Origin: Candidatus Woesearchaeota archaeon
GTDB taxonomy: Archaea; Nanobdellota; Nanobdellia; Pacearchaeales; GW2011-AR1
Direction: 5' to 3'
NCBI GenBank assembly: GCA_964514585.1
Contig: CAZETU010000007.1
Span: forward strand, 1-36,324
DNA length: 36,324 nucleotides
Notes under the pieces: model-generated
Told to the model about the DNA's origin: nothing
Databases searched by the model: none
Seen by the model: the letters and a program-made list of their open reading frames with translations, nothing else
Part shown: positions 26,319 through 35,115 of the stretch, in pieces
Numbering within the stretch: position 1 is the stretch's first letter
Layout: each line of letters begins with the position of its first letter
Translations under genes and position numbers: made by a program

Positions 26319-26600
26319 TCAACAAACAGTAAATAACTTATCATCGTGCACATCAAAAATCTTCAACCGAACCCCAGAATCAATCCATCCATGCGCGTAA
26401 TTTAAAGCAGCAAAAGCATTAACCCAATCACCCTTATCCTCAAAATGATGCGCGTCAGAAACATAATTATCAGCCATCTCAATTATCTCTTCAGCCTCAG
26501 CCTCTCTCCCCTCAATAACATTCTCCTTAACCTCACCCAGAGCCGTCTCAGTCAAATTAAAATATTTCTCCAACTTCTCCGCACTAATCTCATTTCCCAT
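26319..26600 (-). CDS. DUF357-family archaeal protein
   Basis: AFAALNYAHGWIDSGVRL signature. Confidence 0.85.
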   Translation of the reverse strand: MGNEISAEKLEKYFNLTETALGEVKENVIEGREAEAEEIIEMADNYVSDAHHFEDKGDWVNAFAALNYAHGWIDSGVRLKIFDVHDDKLFTVC

Positions 26601-26630
26601 ATCAAACAAAACAAAAACTAATATTTAAAA

Positions 26631-27341
26631 TTACCTCTCAAGCATCGCATAAGGAGTCGCCTTCTTAATAATAAACCTCGAACCAATCATCTCACTAATC
26701 ACAGCATTCACAGAAAAATTATCAACCGCCGCACGAAACACACCCTCCAACAAAGGAATATGAACAGCCTCACTAACTTTCTCCAAAATCTCCTCTATCT
26801 CTTGCTTGCTCAAAATAATTCTCGTAATCTGTTTTTGCCCAGCCCGAATAATAAAAATCTCCTTCCCAGCCCCAATACATTCAATCGAAGAAACCGAAGG
26901 GTCATTCAAAAGCGGAGTAATCTTACCATAATCCTGACTCAACTCCTCACCAAAAGGAATAATGGCAGGCGCAATCTGAGGGCGAGCAACTTGGACAGGC
27001 CTAACCGGTTGAGGCATAGCCGGTTGAACAATTTGAACAGGTCTTGGTGGAGCACGAAGGAGAGGTCTTCTTAATTCAATGGGTGCAACCAAAGCACTCA
27101 TATCTCTCTTGGGTCTTGGTGGCAAAATTTTCACAGGCGGCGCAACAGGTGCACGAACAGTCACCCTCTCCCCCATAGAAGCCTGAACAACTTTCTCAGT
27201 AAACTTAGGAACCATATCAGCATGAATAACAACCCTATCTTCCGGAGAAATATTCTTCTCTCTAATAGATTTCACAACAGCAAAAGCAAACGTCCTAAAA
27301 AAAGGATGCAAAGCAATCATCGCACTCTGTTCAGAACTCAT
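26631..27341 (-). CDS. Hypothetical protein: Pro-rich linker plus a domain resembling the N-terminal domain of VirB11/TadA secretion ATPases, with no ATPase core
   Basis: YGKITPLLNDPSVSSIECIG…ILSKQEIEEILEKVS; no Walker A. Confidence 0.55.
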   Translation of the reverse strand: MSSEQSAMIALHPFFRTFAFAVVKSIREKNISPEDRVVIHADMVPKFTEKVVQASMGERVTVRAPVAPPVKILPPRPKRDMSALVAPIELRRPLLRAPPRPVQIVQPAMPQPVRPVQVARPQIAPAIIPFGEELSQDYGKITPLLNDPSVSSIECIGAGKEIFIIRAGQKQITRIILSKQEIEEILEKVSEAVHIPLLEGVFRAAVDNFSVNAVISEMIGSRFIIKKATPYAMLER

Positions 27342-27814
27342 ATTCTTGGGAGTGGCTTAGGCTGTGGTCTAGAAAAGTCAGTAGGTGCACTTCTAGGTGG
27401 CTCAGTAGGTGGCACTGGCTGATCAGCCCTACCCCTCAATTTTCCTTCCATCAAAACCAATCCCTGAGCAATAGTTTTATTTTGATCCAACAAAGAATCG
27501 ATCTTCTTCAACATATCCTGATCATCAGTCTTCCCGCCAGAAATATAAGTCTTAGCAGCCTCCTCAAAAACCTGCAACAACTTAGCAATATTATCAGAAA
27601 GCGACCCAAACTTAATCGACATATTAGTCATCGCATGTTGCAGCCCAACAAAATTCTCAACCAACAACTCCTCTCTCTCCCGAGCCGTCATCTTCTTCTC
27701 TCCCGAAGCCTTCTTCTTATGCTCCTTAGGCGCGTGCTCCTTTACAACAGTTTTCTTAGAACCATCCTCATCAGTAGTCTCGGTAATAGTCTTTTTCATC
27801 ACCTTTTTCACCAT
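27338..27814 (-). CDS. Hypothetical coiled-coil protein
   Basis: 158-aa ORF overlapping the downstream gene by 4 nt; TATA 29 nt upstream. Confidence 0.7.
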   Translation of the reverse strand: MVKKVMKKTITETTDEDGSKKTVVKEHAPKEHKKKASGEKKMTAREREELLVENFVGLQHAMTNMSIKFGSLSDNIAKLLQVFEEAAKTYISGGKTDDQDMLKKIDSLLDQNKTIAQGLVLMEGKLRGRADQPVPPTEPPRSAPTDFSRPQPKPLPRI

Positions 27815-27853
27815 GCTTAAGTTAAGAACATCTTATTTATAAAAGTATTGGGA

Positions 27854-27954
27854 AAAATAGTCACAGGAGGAAAAGGCCGAGCAAAGCGAAGGTCATCCCC
27901 GTGGGATAACCGCTGGGCTTATTTCTCCTCAAGTATGGACTACAGGAGGTGATC
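27854..27954. other. Structured intergenic element downstream of tRNA-Trp, starting with a degenerate copy of the tRNA 3' end
   Basis: 27854-27872 matches 28036-28054 (16/19); stems TAGTC/GACTA, AGGAGGAAA/TTTCTCCT, ATCCC/GGGAT. Confidence 0.45.
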
Positions 27955-28039
27955 GATTCGCTTTTGAAAAAATGTCTCAGAAATTCTTTTTCAAATGCAA
28001 ATTGCGAATATTAACCCCAGTGGTTAAATTCTGACAAAA

Positions 28040-28110
28040 TGGGCGCAGGAGGAATTTAACCCCCACCTTTCCGGCTGGAGCGGAATAGACTAACATTATC
28101 CGATGCACCC
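28040..28110 (-). tRNA. tRNA-Trp(CCA), intronless
   Basis: GGGTGCA/TGCGCCC acceptor, TTCCG-CT-CCA-GC-CGGAA anticodon arm, GGGGG-TTAAATT-CCTCC T-arm. Confidence 0.85.
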
Positions 28111-28577
28111 TTGTTATGTAATTCTCTATGGCAATTAGCACATAATAATATACATTTTTCTATTTCTTTTAAAGCCTTCTGTTTCGATCCATTCTTTATC
28201 ATGTGAGCCAAATCACCATCTTTAGCCTCTCCATCATGATGAAACTCCAGTGCCGCAACACATCGGTCATACCCACATTTCTCACAGCGATTACCTTTTA
28301 TAGAAATCAACTCCAATTTTATTTTTTTACGCCTTTCACTTTTCATCAAATAAACTTTCTTACTATATTTCTGATAATATCGACCAAATGCCTTTCTCTG
28401 CCTTTCTCTCTTTTTTTCCAAATCAACTTTCTTTCTCGGCCTAGAAATTCCCATCTCCTGAGCCTTCCTTTGAATAGACCTAACAGTCCTACTAAGTTTT
28501 TCAGAAACTTCTTCCAATGGCATTCGAGTAGGATAATTCTCAGAAATATATTTCACCTCTTTTTCACTCCATCTCAT
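28056..28577 (-). CDS. HNH endonuclease with an N-terminal Myb/HTH-like domain; its 3' end overlaps tRNA-Trp
   Basis: CEKCG…LEFHH…CILLCANCHRELH; N-terminal RWSEKE…LSRTVRSIQRKA. Confidence 0.8.
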   Translation of the reverse strand: MRWSEKEVKYISENYPTRMPLEEVSEKLSRTVRSIQRKAQEMGISRPRKKVDLEKKRERQRKAFGRYYQKYSKKVYLMKSERRKKIKLELISIKGNRCEKCGYDRCVAALEFHHDGEAKDGDLAHMIKNGSKQKALKEIEKCILLCANCHRELHNKGASDNVSLFRSSRKGGG

Positions 28578-28627
28578 AAATACAAAAATACATTTGGGTA
28601 TATAAGCACTTGTACCATAATTAAGGG

Positions 28628-29302
28628 TTAAATCATCTTCTTCATCTTCTCAATCTCACCAGACGAAATCGCAGCGCCCTTAAACTTCACCCCATACAAC
28701 AAAGCATCTAACAAATCCTTCGTTGGCTTCATCGTCAACAACCCCTTCCTATAAGCAATAAACAATAACTCAGCAGACCGAATAAATTTAAAACCTTTAA
28801 ACTGATCAACCAAAGAAGACTCCATGTCAAGCGGCGTATGCAACTTCCTCTCCATCATTTTCTCCAAACTCTGCGGCGATTCAGTCAACATTCGCGTCGT
28901 CCTCTCATCAATAACAATCACATTATCCGCCCCGCAAAGTTTCGAAAAAGCCAAACAAGCAGCCTCCCCAGCATGAATAATATCAATCTTCTCCCCACTC
29001 TGCGTCGTCCTCAAAACCCCACCAGATGCCTTCAAAATCTTCTTCATTTCCTGATTCAACTTATTATCCGGCACAACCTTACCCGACATCGTAAAAACAC
29101 CCCTATCAATCATATCCTTAACCTGAATCGCCTCCAACTTATACTTCTTAATCTTCATCGGTCTATCAACCACCTCACGCTTAACATCCGGCGTCAAAAT
29201 AAACTCGCCATCAAAAACCTCTTTCAACTTCTCAATCACACCAAGCATCCCATTCATCGTCAACGAAATAATCGGCCCCGCATCAAATATTAAGTATTTC
29301 AT
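28628..29302 (-). CDS. PIN-like domain protein
   Basis: LIFDAGPIISL, GEAACL, IDERTTR. Confidence 0.65.
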   Translation of the reverse strand: MKYLIFDAGPIISLTMNGMLGVIEKLKEVFDGEFILTPDVKREVVDRPMKIKKYKLEAIQVKDMIDRGVFTMSGKVVPDNKLNQEMKKILKASGGVLRTTQSGEKIDIIHAGEAACLAFSKLCGADNVIVIDERTTRMLTESPQSLEKMMERKLHTPLDMESSLVDQFKGFKFIRSAELLFIAYRKGLLTMKPTKDLLDALLYGVKFKGAAISSGEIEKMKKMI

Positions 29303-29727
29303 TTTATCGCTTTGGAATAAAACAAGAACTTATCCCCAAGACCATAATTTAATTTTTTCATAAACTTCCCCATCTTATTATTCCCCTGCTTTACAAACAA
29401 TTCTATCAAATCATATTTTTCTTTCTTCGCCGTTCTCTCAACATGTCTCACCAACCTTGTAGCCACTCCAGCCTTTCGCCATTTCCCATCTACAATTACA
29501 TGCGAAACATAAATCCATTTTGCAATCTTAAAAAATTCCGCTATGGTTAAACCAGCCACCTCATTTTTAATTTCACAAATATATATCCGATGAGTCCCTC
29601 CAGACAAATATTGTTTAACATCCTCCACGGTCGCCCTGTCATCCTCACTCCCACGTAAATTGGAATCACTATTCAAAAGTTCCAAAATTCTACCCGAATC
29701 TTTTATTTTAGCTTTTCTAATCTTCAT
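29299..29727 (-). CDS. GNAT-family acetyltransferase
   Basis: VIVDGKWRKAGVATRLV acetyl-CoA loop; ATGA overlaps on both sides. Confidence 0.88.
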   Translation of the reverse strand: MKIRKAKIKDSGRILELLNSDSNLRGSEDDRATVEDVKQYLSGGTHRIYICEIKNEVAGLTIAEFFKIAKWIYVSHVIVDGKWRKAGVATRLVRHVERTAKKEKYDLIELFVKQGNNKMGKFMKKLNYGLGDKFLFYSKAIK

Positions 29728-30284
29728 CCAAATATATCCTCAGCAATTTTAATTCTCTTCTCAATCGGCATACTTATCGCAAACTTCGCGTCCCCAATAT
29801 TTGATTGCCCAATATACGACGACAAATCCCAAAGACTAACACCCAACAACTCAGCCGTTTTCTCCGTCGACAAACCATGCTCATAAAGTTTAAACGCCTT
29901 ATTTATCTCAGCCTTAGCAAAAACATCCTTAATATACCGACTCAAATCCCCAGAAATCTTATTCAACGAATTCCGAATCCGCCCCAAATAAACTCGGGCA
30001 CTCTTAAGCTCATTTTTCTGCAAAGCCGCAACAGCCAACCCAAGATTTTTCACAACAGCCTTATAAAATTCATCCCAACCTTCCATAGATCGATAATTAT
30101 CCCGACTCAAAACCTTCCCCAAAGAATAAACCAAAACCGCAACAACAATATTATCAGCATCCTGAGAAATCGTCGCAGAATGCATCGTCTGATTCGACAA
30201 AGTCTTCATCTCAAACGGGTTATCATCTTCAATCGCCTTCTTAGTCTCCCGCAAAATCCGAAGAACATTACCAGCCTCTTTCAT
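29724..30284 (-). CDS. Hypothetical protein with a C-terminal HTH-like segment
   Basis: Native codon bias; GLSTEKTAELLGVSLWDL. Confidence 0.7.
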   Translation of the reverse strand: MKEAGNVLRILRETKKAIEDDNPFEMKTLSNQTMHSATISQDADNIVVAVLVYSLGKVLSRDNYRSMEGWDEFYKAVVKNLGLAVAALQKNELKSARVYLGRIRNSLNKISGDLSRYIKDVFAKAEINKAFKLYEHGLSTEKTAELLGVSLWDLSSYIGQSNIGDAKFAISMPIEKRIKIAEDIFG

Positions 30285-30334
30285 AATCAAACTAACAAGA
30301 GAACTTATATAAATATTCCCACACTAATTCTTAT

Positions 30335-30718
30335 ATGAAAATACTACTCGACACAAATTTCATCCTAACATGCGCAAGACAAAAAATAGATTTTGACGCA
30401 GTCATGAATGGACAAACCAGCGAAGAAGTAAAATGGATTGTCCCAGAAGAAGTCTTAGGTGAGCTCAGAGGCCTCCAGTTCGGAGGAAGAATAAAAATCA
30501 AAGAACGAAACGCCGCCACAATAGGAATAGAAATCACAACAAGACTAGGTCCAGAAGTCGTCAAACTCTCAACAACAGCAAGCGACGTAGACACAAAAAT
30601 CGCAAATTACGTCACGGGCAAACCAATAATCCTAGCAACTTTAGACAAAGGACTAAAAAAAAGAGTCAAGAATAAAATTCTAACGATTAGAGGCAAGAAG
30701 AGCCTAGAAATCATCTAA
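30335..30718 (+). CDS. PIN-domain protein (Fcf1/Utp24-like)
   Basis: MKILLDTNF, DVD, LATLDKGLKKR; located upstream of rpoE1. Confidence 0.85.
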   Translation: MKILLDTNFILTCARQKIDFDAVMNGQTSEEVKWIVPEEVLGELRGLQFGGRIKIKERNAATIGIEITTRLGPEVVKLSTTASDVDTKIANYVTGKPIILATLDKGLKKRVKNKILTIRGKKSLEII

Positions 30719-30754
30719 CACAAACTTTAAAAACCAAAAATTTCTCAACTAACT

Positions 30755-31366
30755 ATGTTCTACGAAGTTTTAGTGACAGACCATGTAAGGGTAGAGCCGA
30801 ACAAATTCGGTATGACTACTGACGAAGCTGTGCGAGTCCAATTAGAAGAATCCTACTCAGGCTTCCAAGACAAAGATATCGGAACAGTCGTATCGGTCCT
30901 AGACGTACTCGACGTAAAAGAAGGAATAATTATCCCAGGCGACGGCGCAGCTTACTATGAATCAACCTTCAAACTAATCGTTTTCAAACCAGAATTACAA
31001 GAATTAGTCCACGGAACAATAGAAGAAATAACAAACTTCGGAGCTTTCATTTCTATGGGCCCAATCCGAGGAATGATCCACATCTCACAAACAATGGACG
31101 ACTTCGTTTCATTCTCAGACTCAGGAGTATTAACAGGAAAAGACGGAAAAAAGAACTTAGTCCAAGGCGACAAATGTATCGCACGAATAGTAGCAGTTTC
31201 TTACAAAGGTGAAGAGCCAAAAATCGGTCTAACAATGAGACAGCCAGGTCTAGGAAAACTTGACTGGGTAAAGGCCGAAAAAGAAAAAGCGACAAAACAA
31301 GCTGAGCAATCAGCGGCAATAGAAGCTAAGGTAGCTAAAGTAGCTAAAGGAGGCAAGAAGAAATAA
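30755..31366 (+). CDS. rpoE1: RNA polymerase subunit E' (Rpo7)
   Basis: IIPGDGAAYY, FGAFISMGPIRGMIHISQ, KIGLTMRQPGLGKLDW. Confidence 0.96.
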   Translation: MFYEVLVTDHVRVEPNKFGMTTDEAVRVQLEESYSGFQDKDIGTVVSVLDVLDVKEGIIIPGDGAAYYESTFKLIVFKPELQELVHGTIEEITNFGAFISMGPIRGMIHISQTMDDFVSFSDSGVLTGKDGKKNLVQGDKCIARIVAVSYKGEEPKIGLTMRQPGLGKLDWVKAEKEKATKQAEQSAAIEAKVAKVAKGGKKK

Positions 31367-31557
31367 TGGCAGCAAAAGAAAAAGCATGTTTAAATTGCAG
31401 AGCACTTTACTTCGGAGATAAATGCACAAACTGCGGGGAAACTCCATCTAGCGAAACATTCAAAGGAAGAATCCATGTGTTCGACGCTGAAAAATCAGAA
31501 ATGGCAGAAAACATGAAAATAAACAGCAACGGCGAATTCGCAATCAAAACAAAATAA
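31366..31557 (+). CDS. spt4: Transcription elongation factor Spt4 (RpoE'')
   Basis: ACLNC…CTNCG zinc ribbon; directly follows rpoE1. Confidence 0.92.
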   Translation: MAAKEKACLNCRALYFGDKCTNCGETPSSETFKGRIHVFDAEKSEMAENMKINSNGEFAIKTK

Positions 31558-32000
31558 TGGAATCAAAAATAATTCAAGAAAAAAAGAATCCTTTCTTAAG
31601 TAGAGAAGAAATTACTCTTGAAATAAAAAACGACGTAGCTCCAAGTTTTGAAGACGTTAAAACACAAATCGGAAAAGATGCAGACCTAACAGTTGTTAAA
31701 AAAATAAACACTAATTTCGGAAGACATACGTTCATTGCTGAAGCAGTTATCTATGATAATACAGAAGCAAAAGAAAAAATCGAAACAATCCCAAAGAAAG
31801 TTAGAAAGAAAATGGAAGCCGACAAAAAGGCCGCTGAAGAAACCGCAAAGAAAGAAGCAGAAGCCGCTGCTAAAGCCGCTGAAGAAGCTAAAGCCGCTGA
31901 GGCAGAAGCGAAGGCTGCAGAAGCAGAAACTCCAACTGAAGAACCAGCCCCAGAAGAAACTAAAGAAGAACCAGCCCCAGCTGAAGAAAAAACAAAATAA
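31557..32000 (+). CDS. rps24e: 30S ribosomal protein S24e with an Ala/Glu/Pro-rich tail
   Basis: KKNPFLSREE, TNFG, operon position. Confidence 0.85.
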   Translation: MESKIIQEKKNPFLSREEITLEIKNDVAPSFEDVKTQIGKDADLTVVKKINTNFGRHTFIAEAVIYDNTEAKEKIETIPKKVRKKMEADKKAAEETAKKEAEAAAKAAEEAKAAEAEAKAAEAETPTEEPAPEETKEEPAPAEEKTK

Positions 32001-32236
32001 TGGCAATCAAGAGTAAAATCAAAGGAAAGAAAAAACACACAAACAAAGCTACATCCAAGAAAGCTTCAAAATACACAGTCGAAGGCGATAAAATAATCAA
32101 GAAAGCAAGATCTTGCCCAAGATGCGGCCCAGGAATTTTCTTATCAGTCGGAAAAGGTAGATCATATTGTGGCCGATGTCACTTCACAGAATTTGAAAAA
32201 AAAGAAGTCGAAGCAAAATTAGAATCCAAAAAATAA
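32000..32236 (+). CDS. rps27ae: 30S ribosomal protein S27ae
   Basis: CPRCGPGIFL…YCGRCHFTEF. Confidence 0.93.
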   Translation: MAIKSKIKGKKKHTNKATSKKASKYTVEGDKIIKKARSCPRCGPGIFLSVGKGRSYCGRCHFTEFEKKEVEAKLESKK

Positions 32237-32278
32237 TAACTTCTAAAGATTTATTAAGTTAAATCACATATTTATTTT

Positions 32279-32509
32279 ATGAATAAGAGGCAATGGAATG
32301 TGTTCGGCATATTCTCAGTTCTATTAGGTATACTTTTCGTAAACATAAGTCTCCAATGGAAAAGACACTGCGGCCTCGACGAAGTCACAATGGCAAACAT
32401 TTTCTCATGCACCCGAGGCGAAATATTCTCACCCTTCCCCTACATCTTCTTTATACTAGCCGTCGTGTTTTTCATCTGCGGACTACTAGAAGCAAAATCT
32501 AATCAATAA
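32279..32509 (+). CDS. Small two-helix membrane hypothetical protein
   Basis: Two hydrophobic segments; TTTATTAA 29 nt upstream. Confidence 0.6.
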   Translation: MNKRQWNVFGIFSVLLGILFVNISLQWKRHCGLDEVTMANIFSCTRGEIFSPFPYIFFILAVVFFICGLLEAKSNQ

Positions 32510-32577
32510 TCACTGCCTTAATCTTAAAGATTATCTTAGGTCTTACGTGAATTCTTTATCCTAGAATCGAGCATAAA

Positions 32578-32645
32578 CCCTAGGAGATGCGATAAAGCGT
32601 TCAAAAAGATGCCCTATCGCTCTCTCCTGGGGAAAAAGAGGTGAT
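32578..32645. other. Long intergenic hairpin, candidate ncRNA
   Basis: CCCTAGGAGA/TCTCCTGGGG and GCGATA/TATCGC stems; minus-strand TATA-like TTTAAAAA at 32674-32667. Confidence 0.4.
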
Positions 32646-32751
32646 ACTATAACTAAACACAATTACTTTTTAAAGTTTTCGGTTTGTTGTAATTACCCAG
32701 TGACACTAGAGAATAAGGAAATTTTATTAACCAAACAACTTACCATAAACC

Positions 32752-33537
32752 ATGGAAGGTGATAAAGTAAATCAAAATCAGTTCTTCGATCTCATCACAG
32801 GCGAAGAGCTAGGCTGGCAATCAATAATCTACGATCTAATCAAAACAGAACAACTCGACCCATGGGACATCGATCTCAAAGTCCTCGCTAGCAGATACGT
32901 TGAAATCATCCAACAACTAGAGGAAGCCGATTTCTTCATCTCATCAAAAGTCCTCCTAGCCTGCTCCCTCCTCCTAAGATTAAAATCCGAAATCCTAATT
33001 AATTCCTACATCCAAGACTTGAACGACGCTCTCTATGGCAGAAAAGACGAAAAGCGTTACGAGCTAGAAAGAATAGAAATCGACGAGGGCGAACTCCCAA
33101 TCTTAACCCCAAGAACCCCAATGGCTAGGCACAAAAAAGTTACACTAAAAGAATTAATGAACGCACTAAACCACGCCATCAGCACAGAAAACCGAAGAAT
33201 CAAACGAGAAATCAAAGGACGTCAAGCCGAAAAATCCTTACTAACAGTGATGCCAAGAGGAACACACGTCCCATTAAAAGTCAGAATCAAATCCATCTTC
33301 GGAATCGTCAAGGTCCACATCGACAAAGGAAACCCCCACATGAAGTTCTCTTCATTAGCCCCAGACAAAGAAGAAAAACTAGCATCCTTCGTCCCAATCC
33401 TCCACCTCTCAAACAACGGCAAAATCCACCTCAGACAACCAGTCCATTTCGAAGAAATCCATATGTCATTCAAACAACACACCGAAGAAACCAAAGCACT
33501 AGAAGAAGAATTAGGTTTACTAGAACAAGAAATCTAG
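32752..33537 (+). CDS. scpA: Segregation and condensation protein A (kleisin)
   Basis: LDPWDIDL, SSKVLLACSLLLRLKS, VTLKELMNAL, FVPILHL. Confidence 0.85.
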   Translation: MEGDKVNQNQFFDLITGEELGWQSIIYDLIKTEQLDPWDIDLKVLASRYVEIIQQLEEADFFISSKVLLACSLLLRLKSEILINSYIQDLNDALYGRKDEKRYELERIEIDEGELPILTPRTPMARHKKVTLKELMNALNHAISTENRRIKREIKGRQAEKSLLTVMPRGTHVPLKVRIKSIFGIVKVHIDKGNPHMKFSSLAPDKEEKLASFVPILHLSNNGKIHLRQPVHFEEIHMSFKQHTEETKALEEELGLLEQEI

Positions 33538-33608
33538 GTGATAAAGATTTTATAGAAGCAACTCAAAAAAGTAACATTTATAAAACAATTTACCACTATA
33601 AAGTAACT

Positions 33609-33932
33609 ATGAAAAGATTAACGAGAAAAGTGAATACTGGAATTGCCATTAGTTTAATTAGCTATGCTCCAGATTCAAGTGTAGAAGTATTTCCTGAAGT
33701 GGTAGTTCGTACACAATATCCATATAAAACAAGATGGCAAGTTACTCATGTGGTCCATGGCGCAGGTATTACGGGGGATGAGCTTGCCGTAGAAGAAAGG
33801 GGGAGTGTTCGCTGCAGAGACCTTCAATCAGCACAAAATACTTGCCATGAGATAAAGGCCAGATCATCACTCATTCCAAATCTCTATAACAATGTCACTA
33901 TTTCACCTATTAAATATAGTTCTGCTAGATAA
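33609..33932 (+). CDS. Orphan hypothetical protein
   Basis: 107-aa ORF with TATA at 33577; non-native composition. Confidence 0.5.
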   Translation: MKRLTRKVNTGIAISLISYAPDSSVEVFPEVVVRTQYPYKTRWQVTHVVHGAGITGDELAVEERGSVRCRDLQSAQNTCHEIKARSSLIPNLYNNVTISPIKYSSAR

Positions 33933-33951
33933 TAGAGCTTAATTATCCTCC

Positions 33952-35115
33952 TCAAAGCATCTCAACAATCTCACTCTCATTCAAAAACTTCTCCTTCCCG
34001 CTCTCCATATTCTTAACCTTAAACTTCTCCTCCTCAGCCTCTTTCTTCCCAACAAAAATCACATTCTCAACGCCCTTAACATTAGCATAATCCATCGCTT
34101 TCCCAATCGTCTTATCCAAAATCAAAACCACACTAATCCCACTAGCCCTCAAATTCTCCGCCAACTTTATCGCCATATCATCTTGCTCAATAGAAATAAT
34201 CTCAACCTTAATCTTCTCCCCCTCAACATCCGACAACAAACAAATCGGCTCAAGCCCAAACGAAATCCCAGTCGACTGAGTCTGATCAATCAAATAACTC
34301 CCACCACCACAAAGCGAAGCATTCAATTTCTTAGACCAAATCTCAAACACAGTCCCATTATAATACGAAAAGCCCCGAGCCAAAAACGGCCGAAACTCCA
34401 CGCTAACCCCATAACTCTTACAAACCACCTTCAACTCCTTAACATCCTTGTAAAAAGCGTACTTCTCAAAACTCTTCTCGCCCCCCTCAAAAATCTTCAA
34501 CAACTTTTCCGCCCCAAATTTCTTAAGATTATCAGCGACCTCCTTACTCGACAACTTATCCAACTTATCTAACTCCCGAATAACCTGATCACGATTCTTC
34601 TCCTCAACGCCCTCCGAAACCAAAATCTCATTAATCAACTTCCGATTATTAACATAAATTTTTACAGGAATTCCAAGCTTCTCAAAAATACTCTTTCCCA
34701 ACTTCAAACATTCAGCCTCATCCTTCACAGAACTCCCAATAATATCAGCATCACACTGAACAAACTGCCTCGTCCTCCCAGCCCGAATCGGCTCATCCCT
34801 AAAATTATACCCAATCTGATACCTCTTATACGGCAACTTCTGATTCCGAGCAATTCTCTTCAACTGAAAAGTAAACTCATACCTCAAAGCCAACTTCCGC
34901 TTCCCCCTATCCTCAAGTCGAAAAACATCCCGAACAGCCTCGTCATCAGCATTATCACCACGAACAAATTCTTCCCTCTCAACGATCGGCGTCTCAGCCG
35001 GCTCAAAACCATAAAGCTCAAACTGCTCCCGAATAATCCTCCTCATAGCCTCTCTCTTAGAAGCTTCATCCCCGACAAAGTCAGAAAATCCCTTAACCGT
35101 ATTTGTATTCACCAT
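33952..35115 (-). CDS. hisS: Histidine-tRNA ligase
   Basis: KGFSDF, LRYEFT, FRDEP…RQFVQCDADIIG, LARGFSYYNGTVFE, C-terminal anticodon-binding domain. Confidence 0.92.
   Translation of the reverse strand: MVNTNTVKGFSDFVGDEASKREAMRRIIREQFELYGFEPAETPIVEREEFVRGDNADDEAVRDVFRLEDRGKRKLALRYEFTFQLKRIARNQKLPYKRYQIGYNFRDEPIRAGRTRQFVQCDADIIGSSVKDEAECLKLGKSIFEKLGIPVKIYVNNRKLINEILVSEGVEEKNRDQVIRELDKLDKLSSKEVADNLKKFGAEKLLKIFEGGEKSFEKYAFYKDVKELKVVCKSYGVSVEFRPFLARGFSYYNGTVFEIWSKKLNASLCGGGSYLIDQTQSTGISFGLEPICLLSDVEGEKIKVEIISIEQDDMAIKLAENLRASGISVVLILDKTIGKAMDYANVKGVENVIFVGKKEAEEEKFKVKNMESGKEKFLNESEIVEML

Noticed and set aside
27944-27954. 16S rRNA 3' end remnant (GATCACCTCCT on the minus strand)
   Set aside because: Flanking sequence does not resemble helix 45 or other 16S sequence; only 11 nt match.
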